NCBI GenBank assembly: GCA_964016885.1
Contig: OZ024740.1
Location: 217,186,001 to 217,250,000, forward strand
Origin: Eledone cirrhosa
Lineage: Eukaryota
Length of the DNA: 64,000 nt
Direction of reading: 5' to 3'
The notes below the pieces were generated by a model, which saw only the letters and a program-made list of their open reading frames with translations, ran no database searches and had not been told where the DNA came from. Each line of letters starts with the position of its first letter. Position 1 is the first letter of the stretch. Of the stretch, positions 12,660 through 26,705 are shown one piece after another. Both the position numbers and the translations under genes were made by a program.

Positions 12660-13495
12660 ATCTTACAATGTCCTTTGGGGAGACTCTGGGCATCAATGAA
12701 AATCAAGTAGCCAATCTCTTTAGGAGAACTTTCAGGCCAGGGCCCATGGACAACTTCTAGAAATCCCTGGCCTGGCAGTGCTACTGAGGAGCTTTTCTAG
12801 TTCAGGATAAACTCTACAGGCATGGAAGTGCTGTAAATCGGGCCTGTCCGCAGTGTGAACAGGGCGATGAAACTGTTCTGCACATACTTGTCATGTGTCC
12901 GAGTATTGCTGACCTGTGGGTTCATGTCGAGCACCTGCTGTCACGTGTAGGATGGATCCGACTATCAACTGAGTCCATTGTGAAGATTACCCCCACCATC
13001 CTCCTTTAGAGGGGAAGGACAGGCAGGATTTTATCTGCCTGGTGGCCACGGCGAAAGAGGTCATGTGGTGGACGCATTTGAAAGGGTTGAAGACAACCAT
13101 TTTCTTCTTTGGCGAAGCCTTGATTAACTTTTTCAGATTTTACTTGAAGAGGAAAATGAGTGTGGGGAGGGAGGTGCTGCCTTCCAGTCAGTTTGTTAAA
13201 AGATGGGGGGAGAGTGGCGAGCATGGTCTGTGGGAAAGGGCCTGCCTTGAGCATATGCCTGTAGATGGGAGTAGAAAGACTGGCTGAGGGAGCTTTGCCC
13301 TAGCGGACAGGGTGAGCGTGGCTTTTGTGGGATTTCTACACAAGTGACCCTTAGAGTCTCCACAACTTTGGGGAAGCTGTTATGTTTGTTTTAAATGTTT
13401 ATTTTCATAGTCTCTTTTATAAATTTTATTTTACGCAAAGAAAAACCCACTTGTCTTTAATGTGAGCTCTGTGTGGCTAATAAAGAAATCATTAT
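12660..13495 (+). mobile_element. Tx1/L1-like LINE 3' fragment (zf-RVT region)
   Basis: Homologous to 30070-31090 (KSLAWQCY..ACPQCE..DETVLH); ends AATAAAGAAATCATTATT; flanked by ATT repeats. Confidence 0.75.
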
Positions 13496-13518
13496 TAATG
13501 AAATCTTTCCAATTTTAG

Positions 13519-13652
13519 GCTGCACTTGGAGAGAATAATCTTTCCTTAATTTCAAATGGTCAACTATCTGCTGGAGAGGTTGATGGTGTAGAAGATTTAT
13601 CAATGAAATCTCAAGGAAGTCATTTGGGAAACCTCAATACAGAATCTATCAG
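13519..13652 (+). CDS. Internal coding exon of the same gene (AALGENNLSLISNGQLSAGEVDGVEDLSMKSQGSHLGNLNTESI)
   Basis: TTTTAG acceptor and GTAAGT donor; 134 bp; phase-2 end joins the exon at 14057 in frame. Confidence 0.75.
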
Positions 13653-14056
13653 GTAAGTTGTTAATGGAAATTATGTCAAATTGTCTTCAAATGTCAAACT
13701 AACTGGGTTAGGTCTTGAAAGGACTCATGACTAACCATAGCATTATGCCTCAAGGAGGTGAATCGGCAGAGTCATTAGAACATCAGATAGAATGCTTTGT
13801 GGTATTCATTTCAGCTCTCTGCTTTCTGAGTTCAAACTCTGCTGAATTCAACTTTGTCTTTCATCCTTTCAAGGTTTGTTTAAAGAATCCTAGCATGATT
13901 ATAAATTTATTCAGTTTTAATAACAAACATATGTGTATGTGTATGTGTTTAGGAAGTGGTATGTCTATGTCAGTTTGTGTATCCATAAAGTTATCAATCA
14001 ATTAGTTTATTCTGTAATTGATGGCTAATTATAGTTCTTTTGTTTTATTATTTCAG

Positions 14057-14654
14057 TGAAGAGGAATTGTTGTTGAGCATCAAACAAGAACCACCATGTG
14101 AGATTGAAAGTAATGGTATGAATAATCACTCCTCCTCCTCATCAGCATCACTATTGCGCCCATCAGAACTGGCTATGTTGGGTTCATCTGCAGATACAGG
14201 CCTAATGTCTGCTACAGAAATATCTGCAATGGTTGGTGGAGCAACAAAAGGCTCAGTTATGGTTGGTGGATCATCAAAAAGCTCAGTAATGTGTAACCAT
14301 GCTAGTAACCACTCAAATATGTCACCATCAATTCTTTGTCCAACCTCAAACACTTCACTATTGTGTTCTACTGGTGACGGTCCATCGAGCATGTGCTCGG
14401 TATCGAGTGAAGCAGGCATGATTAGTCAGTCACCTGATCCATGTCCATCACCTACAGACAGTGTAGCAACAACTGAAGCTAAAGATAGTGCAGTTGATTT
14501 CTCAATGGTTGATGAAGCAGCAGCACCACTAGCACCACCACCATCATCATCACCACCACCATCACCAATGTCTGCATCTGATAGACTAGAATCTAATCTA
14601 CGAAATCCTTCATCTTCTGCTAGTCATTTGGCTTCACATTCCCCAGACGCATAA
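14057..14654 (+). CDS. Terminal coding exon, Ser/Pro-rich low-complexity C-terminus of a probable transcriptional regulator
   Basis: TTTCAG acceptor; open frame EEELLLSIKQEPPCEIES...SHSPDA*; followed by a long AT-rich, microsatellite-rich putative 3' UTR. Confidence 0.75.
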
Positions 14655-15422
14655 CTGGTACTTAGTTCGGATGACAATCATTCATAATTTCTGGAAACAT
14701 GCAAAACTCTAGTGATTACAACAACAACGATGCCAAAGCAATTAATAATAATAATAATGATAATAATAATAATGATAATAATTAAAAATAGTATCGGTGT
14801 AAATTGGTTATAAGGACGATGCTGGTAACAACTGTTATTGTTGTAATTATATCATTATTGTTATTATTATTATTACCACTACCACTGCTACTATTACTAC
14901 AACTACTGCTAGTACTAGTACTACTATTACTATTACTACTACAACAATTGGTGTCATTGTTAACATTGAAAAAAAAAATTATAATAATAGAAAAAAAAAC
15001 ATAAAAATGTAACATAAAAAATCTGTTGGAAGATGTGACACATCGAAGTGGAAAACAACAAAAAATACCAACATTAACAACATAGAATTTTAATAAGAAA
15101 AGCCTTCATTAGTACCATTAATTAGTTTTACCCATTAGTCATGATCTCAGAGACTAAAGGGTTACTCGTTTACGTAATTATGTACAATGCAGTTCCAACT
15201 ATTGATTAAAGACTAAAAATTCCTCCCTTTGGTATAAGACAGAATGAAAAAAAGAAAGAGAGAGAGAAAAGAACAAACAATATTAGTAATAATGGTAATG
15301 TTGTTAAATCTAAAGGGAGGAATAAGATAGTTAAAGATTGGGGTAGGGGGATGTAAGAAAAAAAAGACAGTTAAACAAAAGGAAAAACTTGAAAACTTTT
15401 AAAATGTCATAATGATAATAAT

Positions 15423-15464
<42 letters not shown>

Positions 15465-16443
15465 CCAAAAAATAAAATAAACAAAAACAATACAAAAAAC
15501 ATTCAGGAAATATTAGAAAAATTGAATAGAGAGGGAAAGAGAGAGGAAGAGATAAAAGACATACAAGGAAAGAAAGTGAGAATGAGAGGGAGAGTGTGAG
15601 AGAGAGAAAGAGGATAAGTAAGCAGAGGAAAGAAAGATTTTAAATAAAGACTTTATTGTGGATTTGAACTGATTTTTAAATTGGTTTTCAAAAAACAACA
15701 AAACACCTGAGAGAAAAAACTAGTGTTTCCACCTTCACACTTTCTTTTCATACACACACACACACCTGTGTATTTAGTTCCCTAATTAATGGCTTTTGGT
15801 AAGACTGGTTTAATTAGATAAGTATATCTTATGATGAAGAAAGTCATCCCAATTGAGAAGTTAAAAGTAATCAGATGTGAACACAGGAAAGTAAATGTGT
15901 GTTTTGTGTGTATTGTATGTATGTGAGGGAGAGAGACCGCAGGAAAGAAAATATTTTGAAACAAATGTGAAAAAGATGTGTGTGTGATTTAAATAAAGAA
16001 GTGTCACATTTGAAAACAAGTTGAAAAATCATTGATAAAAATGAAAATTGAGTATATGTACTCTCAGGTCCCAAATAATGGTTGGTGGGGGGGGGGGGGA
16101 GATAAGTGGTGGGCTTGGACATTTGCTTAAATTCTTATAGGGGGGGTGGGTGTTATTGTATAGTATACGTTCATATAAATATGGGATTTCTTGTAATGTT
16201 CTTTTTTTGCTATATATAATGTTTTTTTTTATGTAAAATTAAATTATTAGGTTCTCCAGCTGCTGTATCGATATGAATCACTTACAATAAAATTTCACTG
16301 GAGATAGATTAGCAAGATTTAATAAGTGTGTGTGGGGGGGGGGGGGGGGGGATCTGAAAATGTAATAAGTGTGTGGGAGGGGGGGGGGGTGATTATTCAA
16401 GGCCTGAGAGTATATACTTATGTAATGTGTGTATATATATATG

Positions 16444-16503
<60 letters not shown>

Positions 16504-17564
16504 GGTGCATGTGTACTTTGTATGAGACATCCTTCCACATTTGATTACCACCACCTTTCTACAAATTGTTACTACTACTACTACTATCACTACTATCATC
16601 TTTAGTAGTAGTAATAGTTGTGGTAGTAATACTGCTACTATTGCCACTACTACTACTACTAGTGCTATCAAACAAAACAAAAATGAGGAAAATATTTTTT
16701 TAAAAAGCGTACTATTTTGGCTTACATAAAGCAAGTTTCTCCATAAGAAAGAAGTGAAGTAGCATCGATGGATTTTCCTTTCAGATTTTAAGATGAAGGA
16801 ATTTAGGACAAAGGACAACAAAAAGAGGAATGAGAAAATATCTTTTTTTAATTCTTTTCCTTTGAAAATATTTTTTTTATTTGAAAAAAAAATATTTTCA
16901 AATGAAATAACCATTTATTTTCATTAACCCTTTTGATACCAAACTGCTTAATTCTATAATGATAGAAAACAGTTTTTAAATGTTTATATTTATCTAGACC
17001 ATCTTCCATCATATTATGTAAAGACGTTTTTTTAAGTTATCTTCCAAACACCAGCTTTAATAAGAAAGTTAACTATATTACTTAAATCCCTCCAAATTCT
17101 TGACTATGTTCAAAATTATTTGAAAATCATAGACAGTATCTTTCATCAGAAATATGGTAACAAAAGGGTTGCTGAATGTCTTTTTCTCATTCATTCTAAA
17201 TTTCAGATTCTTTTGTCAATAGATCTACCTTTCCTCCCCTCCTCTTCTTACCATCTTTCTCTCCATCCTTACATTGATATATCCTCCATTAGTTTTGACA
17301 ATCAACATTCAGTTGTTTGATGAACTGAATGTCCAACTTAAATTAATTAACTAATAGTGCACAGTTGTACTACTTTACTGTTTAAGTAATTGAGTATGGG
17401 TGACGTCCAAATGAGTCTCCTCCACCTCCAACTATCTGATTCTCCAACAGGGTGGAGAATACATTGCCCCAGAGATGTATCTCCAGCAAGAGAGATGCAC
17501 TGGAACAGCCACTCCGCCTTGCAGGGCTCACACCTGTGAGCAGTTAACTCTGCTCTGATAGCAG

Positions 17565-17714
17565 TGAGCAGGGATGTGGTTCAGGAGCCATGAATGCCAG
17601 GAGTTTCCACTGCTACAAGCTCTACCACAAATTTATCACATGAGCAGGGATGTGGTTCAGGGGCCAGGAATGCTGGGAGTTTCCACTGCTACAGGCTCTA
17701 CCACAAACTTATCA
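17565..17714. repeat. Tandem duplication of ~75 bp
   Basis: TGAGCAGGGATGTGGTTCAGG...CTCTACCACAAA.TTATCA occurs twice. Confidence 0.85.
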
Positions 17715-18587
17715 GTCAGAAGCTGATACTTGGACAGTTTGCCTTCTTCAAACATTTAAGTGGGGGAGTATTTCACAGACGTGTGAGTTAGACCGTTATC
17801 TGTTACAACAGTGTTCCAGTTGTTCAAACAACAGCTTGCTTGTGAAATTAAGCTGTAAATGGTGGAGCATTTCGCAGACATGCACCCTTAATGCAGTTCT
17901 CAGGGAGATTCAGTCTGACACAGCAGGCTCTTGGAACTACTGGAGCAATTCATTACAGCTGAGTGAACTGGAACAACCTGAAATGGAGTGTCCTGCTCAA
18001 AGACACAATGCACTGCCAGGAATAGATTTTATGACTTTACAAACATGAGCTAAACACCTTAACCACTGTCACACAGATATGTGTACTTTTAACGTAATTC
18101 ACAAACAAAATCAATGTCACAAGTACAATCTATGTGACGATATTTCACACAGTTTACACTGTCAACTTGAGGTAAAAACCACCCTGATGCCACATTGAAC
18201 ATGTGCACTCATGACTGCAAAATGAATTTCTTAATCACCCATCTCTGCCTGTGTCTATGTTATCCTATTTTCTAAGATCTATTCCTTTTTCCCCTACTTT
18301 GTTTATTCTGTTATTTCACCTTCTTCCTCTCTTTTTCTTCATAGTCTTTTACTAGTATCAGACAACAGTCATGGTAGGACACCACCTTAAAGTTATTTTA
18401 GTTGATCATATTGACTCCACTATTTATTTTTTTCAATCTCTTTTTGTCAAACCTCTAAGTTCTTAGACATAACACAGATACACATATATTCATATATATA
18501 CATTATGGATATATATATATATATATCTCATCATCATCGATTAACGTCCATCTTCCACACTAGCATGGGTTATATATGTATATATAT

Positions 18588-18900
18588 AATAGCAGAGGTA
18601 CCCGGCATTGCCCGAGAATAAAAGTGGTTCTTATATATTAGAAGAAAGCAAAACATGTAATATAGTAATTAGTTATTCTAAATTCCATTTATTCTTTAAT
18701 TGAGGTACATGATGAAATCAATTGTGAATTCATAATACAAAAATAATAAAAAATAAAAATTCAAAATGTATCATTTTATGAGAGGAGATAAATTCGATCA
18801 CATATTTGGAATGAAATCAAGAGCTTCTGGGTAAACAAAATTCTTTGTTTTCTGCTTTGGAGCATACACAAATAAGCTTTGTAAACTACCCATCCTGGAG
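18588..18900 (-). mobile_element. Helitron 3' remnant
   Basis: Minus strand encodes GSLQSLFVYAPKQKTKNFVYPEAL (RepHel helicase C-terminus) and ends with a CTCGGGCAATGCCGGG hairpin plus CTAT. Confidence 0.75.
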
Positions 18901-20834
18901 TATTATGTAAGATGACAATGCCTGAAGAACTTGTGGACTGTAAGAACTTTCTTCTCTTTGGATTCTTTTTAAAAAGCTAAAATGTGGATTAAATGAGAAA
19001 TGAATGGAAATTACATGAATATCTTCACCGGGTAGATATAAATCAATGATGAAAAGCTTACCCCATATAAGTTGTTATTGTAAACGGAAGGCTAGCATCA
19101 TTGGAGCTCAGTGTGTTATTGTGTCACCTAACTTTCACAATACCAAATAGCTCTGTGTCATTTTGTGGTAAAGTGTGTTTGTGTTGTAATTAGTATCATC
19201 TCACTTTGCTTCACTTTCTATTACTGATGTCAAACAACTTTATAAAAGCTAACACAATGTGGCTGAAATTCAACTGATACTTTGTTCCTACAATATTTTG
19301 TTTTTATATCATTTAAGAGGATTCTAGACTCTTTTGGAAAACAAACGATCATTCGTGAAAAATACAAACTTTCATGACAATTCACGTACATTTGTTTGGG
19401 AATTAAAAAATGGGATTTTTCATGAGAGAGAGAGGAGGGAGAAAAAAGAAAATAGGGAGAACAAGAGGGTGGGAAATGTTTTTAAAAACGATTATTATTA
19501 TGTATTGTGGAACAGACATACAAATACACAGACGTTTGCAAATATTATATAGATAATATATACGTGTATGAGTGTCTATATACACACATGTAGATAATAA
19601 CTATGTATGTATATATAAAATATATACATGTATGTGTGTCTATATATTCTACACACATGTAGATAATAACTACGTATGTGTGTATATATATATATTATAC
19701 ACACATGTAGATAACAACTATGTATGTAGATAAATGCTCTACGTTCTCTGTAAGAAGGTTGTTAACTATGGGTATATATGAAGTCCCTTCCCTACTAATT
19801 TAGGGTATATAAACCCCCTGTATATGTTGTTATTGTCTCTTTTCCTTTACAGGCCCCTGTGCCCTTCCTATTACCCCTTTTTATTCTAGGTACTTCCATG
19901 ACCAAGTGTTTAATGGACGATATGTTGTGCAGTACGACAGATGTATCGACGTGTTGGTGTTCATTCATGTCCTCTTTTGGTCATGTCTTTGTGTGAAATA
20001 TTCAGCCCTGTCAAACATTTAAGGGTACACGTGCTGAATCTTCCTGAGAAGTTACGAATACATGCATGTATACACACATGTATATATATATGTGAGTATA
20101 CAGACGTATAAATATATGTATACAACAGTTATTAGCAAATTGTGTAATTAATCTTTAAAAAAATGTATGAGTAAGCTCCCTTAGTTTCTTAGTAATTTTA
20201 TTGGAAAAATGTTTTAAAATATCGAAAAAATTGATTAAAATTAAATGAAATACAGATAGAAACAACGAAAGACAGTGAGAGAGAGGGTTCGGACAATACT
20301 TTATTACCAATGTATTTGCCGGTCAACAAACAAATAAACTTTTCTATATAGTAAATATATATATATATATATATAGTGCTAAAAATAGCAGCCAAATGTG
20401 TAAAGTTGGCACACAAACGCAAGCCGGTTGGCTGCTATTTCTAGCAATTAAAAGATGGCTTTCATCCCTCACAATCTTCTGCATATTTGCCAACATATAT
20501 ATAATGTAAGAAATGCAAAAATTAGGCATACTTGTTAATTTTGAATAGTACTGAGTGAATATTTATTATATATTTAACAGTGTTTAGAATCTTGTTTATT
20601 ATAATTTAACATAATTATGATAAACTATTCCATAATAAAGAATATGTAATTAGATATTAATTTGAAGAGAGAGGAGTAGACAGATATAAATATATATGTA
20701 TTTGAACAAGATAAGACACTAACATACTTACACCAAATGTATCTTCCTACATCATAAATCTCAATTCAGTTTAATGACTGCATGGAGCAGACGTGGATTT
20801 CACAAGCCGTAGTACTGGTAGCATGAACAATGTG

Positions 20835-23800
20835 TCCAGTCCACACTGTAAAGTGGTTGGTGATAGGAAGGACATCCAGCCAGTAAAACCTAGCCAAAAT
20901 CATGAAATATTAAATATTATTTCCACTAGTTGTGAACACAAGTAATATCAGTGCTGCGCATGGTAGTGGGGTGGCTAGGGCAGCCATGTGCAAGAGCTCC
21001 TCAACCATCATCAAGCAATCGCACAACCACTTTCCCTTTCTGATACTTAGAACGTCTAACTGAAGAAGTAACAACAGCAACTATCAAGGTACAAATCTCA
21101 GGACTGCCACCCTCAATATTGCTACCCTGAAAGATAGATCAGATGAAATTGTGGAACTGTTAGAGAGAAGAGGTGTAGATGTATGTTGTGTACAGGAAGT
21201 GAGATGGAGGGGTACCTCAGTGAGACTAATCACAGGCAAATAACTTAGATATAAACTCTACTGGGTAGGAAATGACAATGGGGAAGGATGTGTAGGCATC
21301 CTACTGGCCAAGAAATGGATAGATAAGGTGGTAGAGGTAGTTAAAGTGACAGAATCATCAAGCTTAGATTAACTGTAGGAAATAGACTGGTAACAATTAC
21401 ATCTACCTATGCTCCATAGGACAGGTACTATGAAGAACTTTTACAGAAAACTTCAGGTATTGACAAAAGAGACTTCATCATCCTGGCAGACGACTTTGAT
21501 GAACATGTGGAACAACCAGGATGGATTCAGCAGAGTTCATGGCAGCTATGGTTATGGCTCAAGGAATGAACAGGGGCTGAGACTCCTGGAATTCTGTGAT
21601 GCAAATAAACTAATCATATACAACACAAATTTCAGGAAACTAGCCAACCACCTTATTTCATATCAATCAGGTGAATACACTAGCCAAATTGATTATTTAC
21701 TTATTAAACTAGACAAACAGGCTGTAATAAATACTAAGGCCTTCTCTGGGAAAGAATGCACTGCCCAGCACAAAGTATTAGTGACATCAAAATAAAAAAA
21801 GGACAGAACAAGTCACACAGGAAAATATGGAGATAGAGGGTGTAGAAGTTAAAGGACCCCTCTGTTAAATATAGAAAGTCTCTACAGGATGCACTTGATG
21901 GGAGGGATGATGAGCGAGATACATACCATGGAAAGGACAACGGAAATTCTTGTGACAACCTTTTGCGCACTACTGACAAGTATTACAGCTGTAGTAAAGT
22001 GCCAGCCAGACAGAGGGAGACCAGCACAGTAGATACAGCCATTAGAGCCAAGAGACAGGCATGGAAAAATGGGGATAGCAGAGACCAGTACCAAGTAGCT
22101 AAGAAAGAAGCTAGGTGGCAGGTATATACAGCTCGGAGAGCGGCTGAAGAAAGTAAATTTGCCAAAGTCATGAGACGTGAGGATCAGAGGCATGAAGTGT
22201 TCCATATTGCAAGGCAGTGTGTTAGTGTAAATCAAGATGATGTTGGGGAAAAATGTGTTTGAAACGATGCTGGTGCATTTAGCATCACTGATGCCCCCAG
22301 AATAAGGAGCCTGGAAATGTTATGAGAGATTGATGAATGGAAGGAAAAGAAACTACCCCAACTTATCCAAATGAAGCACCAGCTATTGAAGTTGACAGTT
22401 TTAGAGTCAAAGATGCAATCAAGAGATGAAAAATGATAAAACTGCTGGACCATCAGAAATAGTTGCTGAGATGCTAAAAACATCGGGAGAGGTAGGAGTC
22501 AAACTAGTAACCCATATAGTAAATCAAGTAATACATGACGGAGTCATACCCAATGATTGGTGCAGCAGTAAAATCATAAACTGCCACAGGGGCAAATGTG
22601 ATTCTCTAGAAAGGAGCAACTATAGAGGAATAAAACTAATGGACCAAGTTATGAAAGAGACCAAAAGAGTTATAGCATAGCTAATTAGGGAAAGAGTCAA
22701 AATAGATAAGATACAATTTGGTTTCATGCCTGGAAAAAGTACTACAGAGGCCTTCTAGTGAGGAAACTACATGAGAAGTTCCTAGCCAAAAATAAACTAC
22801 TATGTTTAGCTTTTGTTGATCTTGAGAAGGCCTTTGACAGAGTTCCTTGATCTATTATCTGGATGTAGAAGAATGATTCGTGCAAACTATGTACAGAAGA
22901 GCTGTCAGAAACGTGAGAGTAGGAAATGAGTTTAGCGAGGAATTCAAGGTACAGGTAGGAGTTTATCAAGGTTCAGTCCTTAGCCCATTGCTATTCATAG
23001 TTCTTCAGGCCATAACAAAGGAGTTTAAAAAGGGCTGTCCATGGGAGCTTCTCTATGCAGATGATTTGGTCCTTATAGCTGAAACCATAAAAGAGCTAGA
23101 AAATATATTTCGATTTTGGAAACTAAATTAGGAAATAAAAGGCCTGAGAGTAAACTTAGCCAAAACTAAAGTGCTAGTGAGTAGGACCCAGATTCCCCCA
23201 GGGAAGTGGCCCTGCTGAATATGCAGAAAGGTGAATCTTGGGTACACAAAAGATGTAGGATAATGAGTAGACTAACAGGAAGGGAGAACTTTGCTTGTAG
23301 AAGATGCACAGGAGCAATCGAGAGGAAGACTGCTAATGATATAAACCTTTTTCAGTCACAGGAAGGATACATAGATGTGGTTGATAGCTTCTGCTATCTA
23401 GGAGACCTAAGTAACAGCAGAGGAGGTTGCACCAAAAGTATAATAGCTAGAATAAGGATAGGATGGAAGAAGTTTAGAGAACAGCTCCCACTGATGACAA
23501 CAAAAGGTTTCTCCCTACATACAAAAGGAAGGCTGTATGACATCTGTGTGCGGTGTGCGATGCTGCATGGTAGTGAACATGAGCTGTAACTGCAGAGGAC
23601 ATGTGGAGACAAAAGACATGAAGCAACCATGTTTTGTTGCAGGTACAATGTAAATGTGAGAAAAAGGCAGAGATTGGATGAACTTGAGAGAGAAGCTGGG
23701 CTTAAGAAGAATCTGAGATGATGTGCAAGAAAGAAGACTGCACTGGAGATAACAAAGGAATACGACACATGGAGAGATGCTGTGCTGAGAAGGAGCCTTC

Positions 23801-23850
23801 CAACCCATGCAAGCATGGAAAAGCAGACGTAAAAATAATGATGATGATGA
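20835..23850 (+). mobile_element. RTE-clade LINE, near full length, degenerate (APE endonuclease + RT)
   Basis: TLNIATL...VCCVQEVRWRG (APE N-terminus), SQIDY, NYRGIKL, FVDLEKAFD, QGSVLSPLLF, YADD; (GAT)n tail; many stops and frameshifts. Confidence 0.92.
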
Positions 23851-24997
23851 TATATTTGTGTGTGTATGTTCATCCATATGTGCATGTAGATATGGATGTG
23901 TATACATAAATACTCATTCTTTTGTAAACATATATTGTTATATATATATATATATATATTTTATATAAATACAGAGAGAGAGAGTTAAGAAAATTAACAA
24001 ATAAAGGACAAAACAACAAAACGAAAAACAATTTTTCAAGGGAAAACCATAAAAATTATTTTTTTAAATTAAATATACAAACAAAGGACACAGAACTCCA
24101 TGGTCATCGGCCGTTGAGACAAAAGACAGAACAGTAATCTTTAGCCGTTAAACTACAAAACATGTACAATTATGTGTGGCTTTAGGGAAAATGTCTGGTA
24201 CCTCATATAGCATGTGAAACAATGAAAAAGAAAACAAGAAAAAAGCAAGAAGAATAAAGTAATATATTGTGTAAGAAAATGTAAACCATTACAATAAATG
24301 GAGGACTAGGGAAAAGCACGTTCTCCACATTAGTAGATAAACTTAAGAAAATTATGTACATGTATATACATATACAGAAAACCCGCCTTCCCTACGTGCA
24401 AAGTTAACCTACAGTTAGTAGGCCCCTCTTAACCAAATATCCCAATCCACCACCCCTACTCCATCCTCCCACTCCCACCTACACCACCCTTTCTCTGTAA
24501 AGTTATGTTGGCACCACGAGATCCTGTAGGTGTCACAAAAAAAAAAAACAGACAGTCCATGCTGCTATGTGGCCGTGTAGGAAACATGGTAAAAAGGTTC
24601 CCAGTCCACACTGTAAATTTGGTTGGTGTTACGAAGGGCATCCAGCCATAGAAAACCTGCCAGATACAGTTCTATACGAGCAAGACACAGTAACCCGGTC
24701 AATCTTGCCTCAAGTGGGACTATTCCCATCTAACCCATGCTAGTGTAGAAGATAGACGTTAAACGATGATGATAATGACAACGATGATATATATTGTTTT
24801 ACTTTGGGAGGGTCATGTTGCCAATAAAAAGAAATCTTGCGAAACAAATTCATATATATATATATATATGTAGGAGGTGAGTTTTATTGTAGTACAATAA
24901 TGCAATGCAGATATCAGGTAAGTAGCACTCTACAGTTTGTAGGACTGGAGTATAAATAATAATATATAAGATCAAAAGATGGTTAAAAGAGTTCCAT

Positions 24998-25070
24998 CTA
25001 TTTTATTATGCGCATTTCAAAAACAAATATCATCATGCAATAACATTTGCGTTTTCGTCAGATAAAATAG
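24998..25070 (-). ncRNA. Type I hammerhead ribozyme motif (mirror arm)
   Basis: Reverse complement of 25187-25259. Confidence 0.8.
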
Positions 25071-25186
25071 GGAGACATGATATGAAGGTTAAAACACACT
25101 TGTGAATAGTGCAGTTTTAAATCAACATATGTTGATTTAAAACTGCACTATTCACAAGTGTGTTTTAACCTTCATATCATGTCTCC

Positions 25187-25259
25187 CTATTTTATCTGAC
25201 GAAAACGCAAATGTTATTGCATGATGATATTTGTTTTTGAAATGCGCATAATAAAATAG
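25187..25259 (+). ncRNA. Type I hammerhead ribozyme motif
   Basis: Stem I CTATTTTAT/ATAAAATAG (9 bp); core CTGACGA; long stem II; GAAA; TGCGCA; TA cleavage site at 25249-25250. Confidence 0.8.
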
Positions 25260-26195
25260 ATGGAACTCTTTTAACCATCTTTTGATCTTATAAATTATTA
25301 TATATATATGTATGTACATATAGAGGTATATGAGTTATCGTTTTCTGTTACTGTAGTTTAAGAGTTAAAGTAACCCTTATCAAGGACTATCTCAGCATAC
25401 AGTGGTTTTTGACTCAACAAAAGGGTTGTTGCAGGTCGATTATAGGGTGATCCTTAGATGGTTCAGTAATCCATGGAATAAATACAAATAGGTAAAGATT
25501 TATGCAGTACACTGTACAATAGGATTTATTTCAAGCATTTACATATATTTCATTGATATGTATGGAAACCCTTCTGGAAATCACTAATCCCAATAATCTA
25601 TTGGGAAAAATCAAATTCAAATATGGTGACAAATTTTTTTTAACTCCAGGCACATCAAATTATCAAAACAGAATAAGGACTTGTATTGGTTAGGATCTTA
25701 TAAGAAATGTGTAGAAGGGAAAAGGAGGAGACATAAGAAAGAAAGACATAAAAGAGAAAGAAAAACACTAAGTAAGCATATACAGAGTGTTCAAAGTAAA
25801 TATTAGATGTTGTTGTCTGCTTGTTGAGGATGGATATTCCAGCTGGCCGCAGTTCATCAGAGTTAATAGAATTAGCTGCTGATTGATTGAAAGTGTTTTG
25901 TTGTATTGACCAATGGCTATTTTGTCCTAGAATCTTGCTGACATTCACCATTGATTTCTATGGATCTGAAAAGGTATTAATAATTTTATAGGTAAGCAAT
26001 TGCTATTGTTTTGTGGCCATTGTAATAAGACTTAGCTTAATGTTCTTTTATATTATACCTTTCATGTGCACTTTAACATTACACTAAGTCTTATTAGAAA
26101 TGGCCATAAAACAATGGCAATTTCTTAGTAGTAGTAATGGTGGTGGTGATGGTAGTATTAGTATCAGTGGTGGTGGTGGTAATAGAAGGAGAAGG

Positions 26196-26705
26196 AGGAC
26201 ATTTTAGAAAAACTCTCCCAATCATTCCAAAAGGCAATAGGATTAATCAAATCCAAGCCTGTTTGAAAAAAAATTGACACTGGACTTCTATCAAAGTTTT
26301 GAAGCTCGCTATTTTGATAGAGCATATTTTGGTAGAGATGAACAGTTCACCCAAAATCTATTTTTGCTTGGTGATGGAAAACTTCCTGTAGATTGCAAAG
26401 GAGCTATTGATACAAGTCCCATAGGCACAACAGTGGAATCATTATTCCACCTCATAGAAAAAGTGTTCTCTAATCTTGAATATCAGTTCACAGATCACAA
26501 GTGGCTCAGTAAAAGGGCTATATTAGCCCCAAAAAATGTGACTGAAAGTGTTAAAAAGAATTTCAAATGTTCAAAGCTCTATCGATCTGTCAACACTATG
26601 GTGGAACAGTCGGAAGTTGTCAATTACTCGACAAACTTCCTCAACCATCAGGAATGCCTCCACATGTTTTTCACCTTAAAGAAGGAGCTTCCATAAGAGC
26701 TCTTT
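26196..26705 (+). mobile_element. Helitron PIF1-like helicase fragment, degenerate
   Basis: GHFRKTLPIIPKG, LLGDGKLP, WLSKRAILAPKN, VNYSTNFLN and GMPPH motifs. Confidence 0.8.

Larger units (their letters stand above)
24870..25300. mobile_element. Second fold-back hammerhead element in a (TA)n tract
   Basis: Loop-less palindrome centred on CATATG (axis 25128/25129), arms ~24965-25292; same left boundary GTAGGAGGTGAGTTTTATTG as 4026. Confidence 0.8.

Noticed and set aside
14782-15015. Poly-Leu/Ser/Asn ORFs and other trinucleotide ORFs (e.g. 60058-60261)
   Set aside because: Trinucleotide microsatellites in probable UTR or intergenic DNA
25655-25951. Possible Penelope GIY-YIG C-terminal remnant near the second hammerhead element
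   Set aside because: Similarity too weak to support without a profile search
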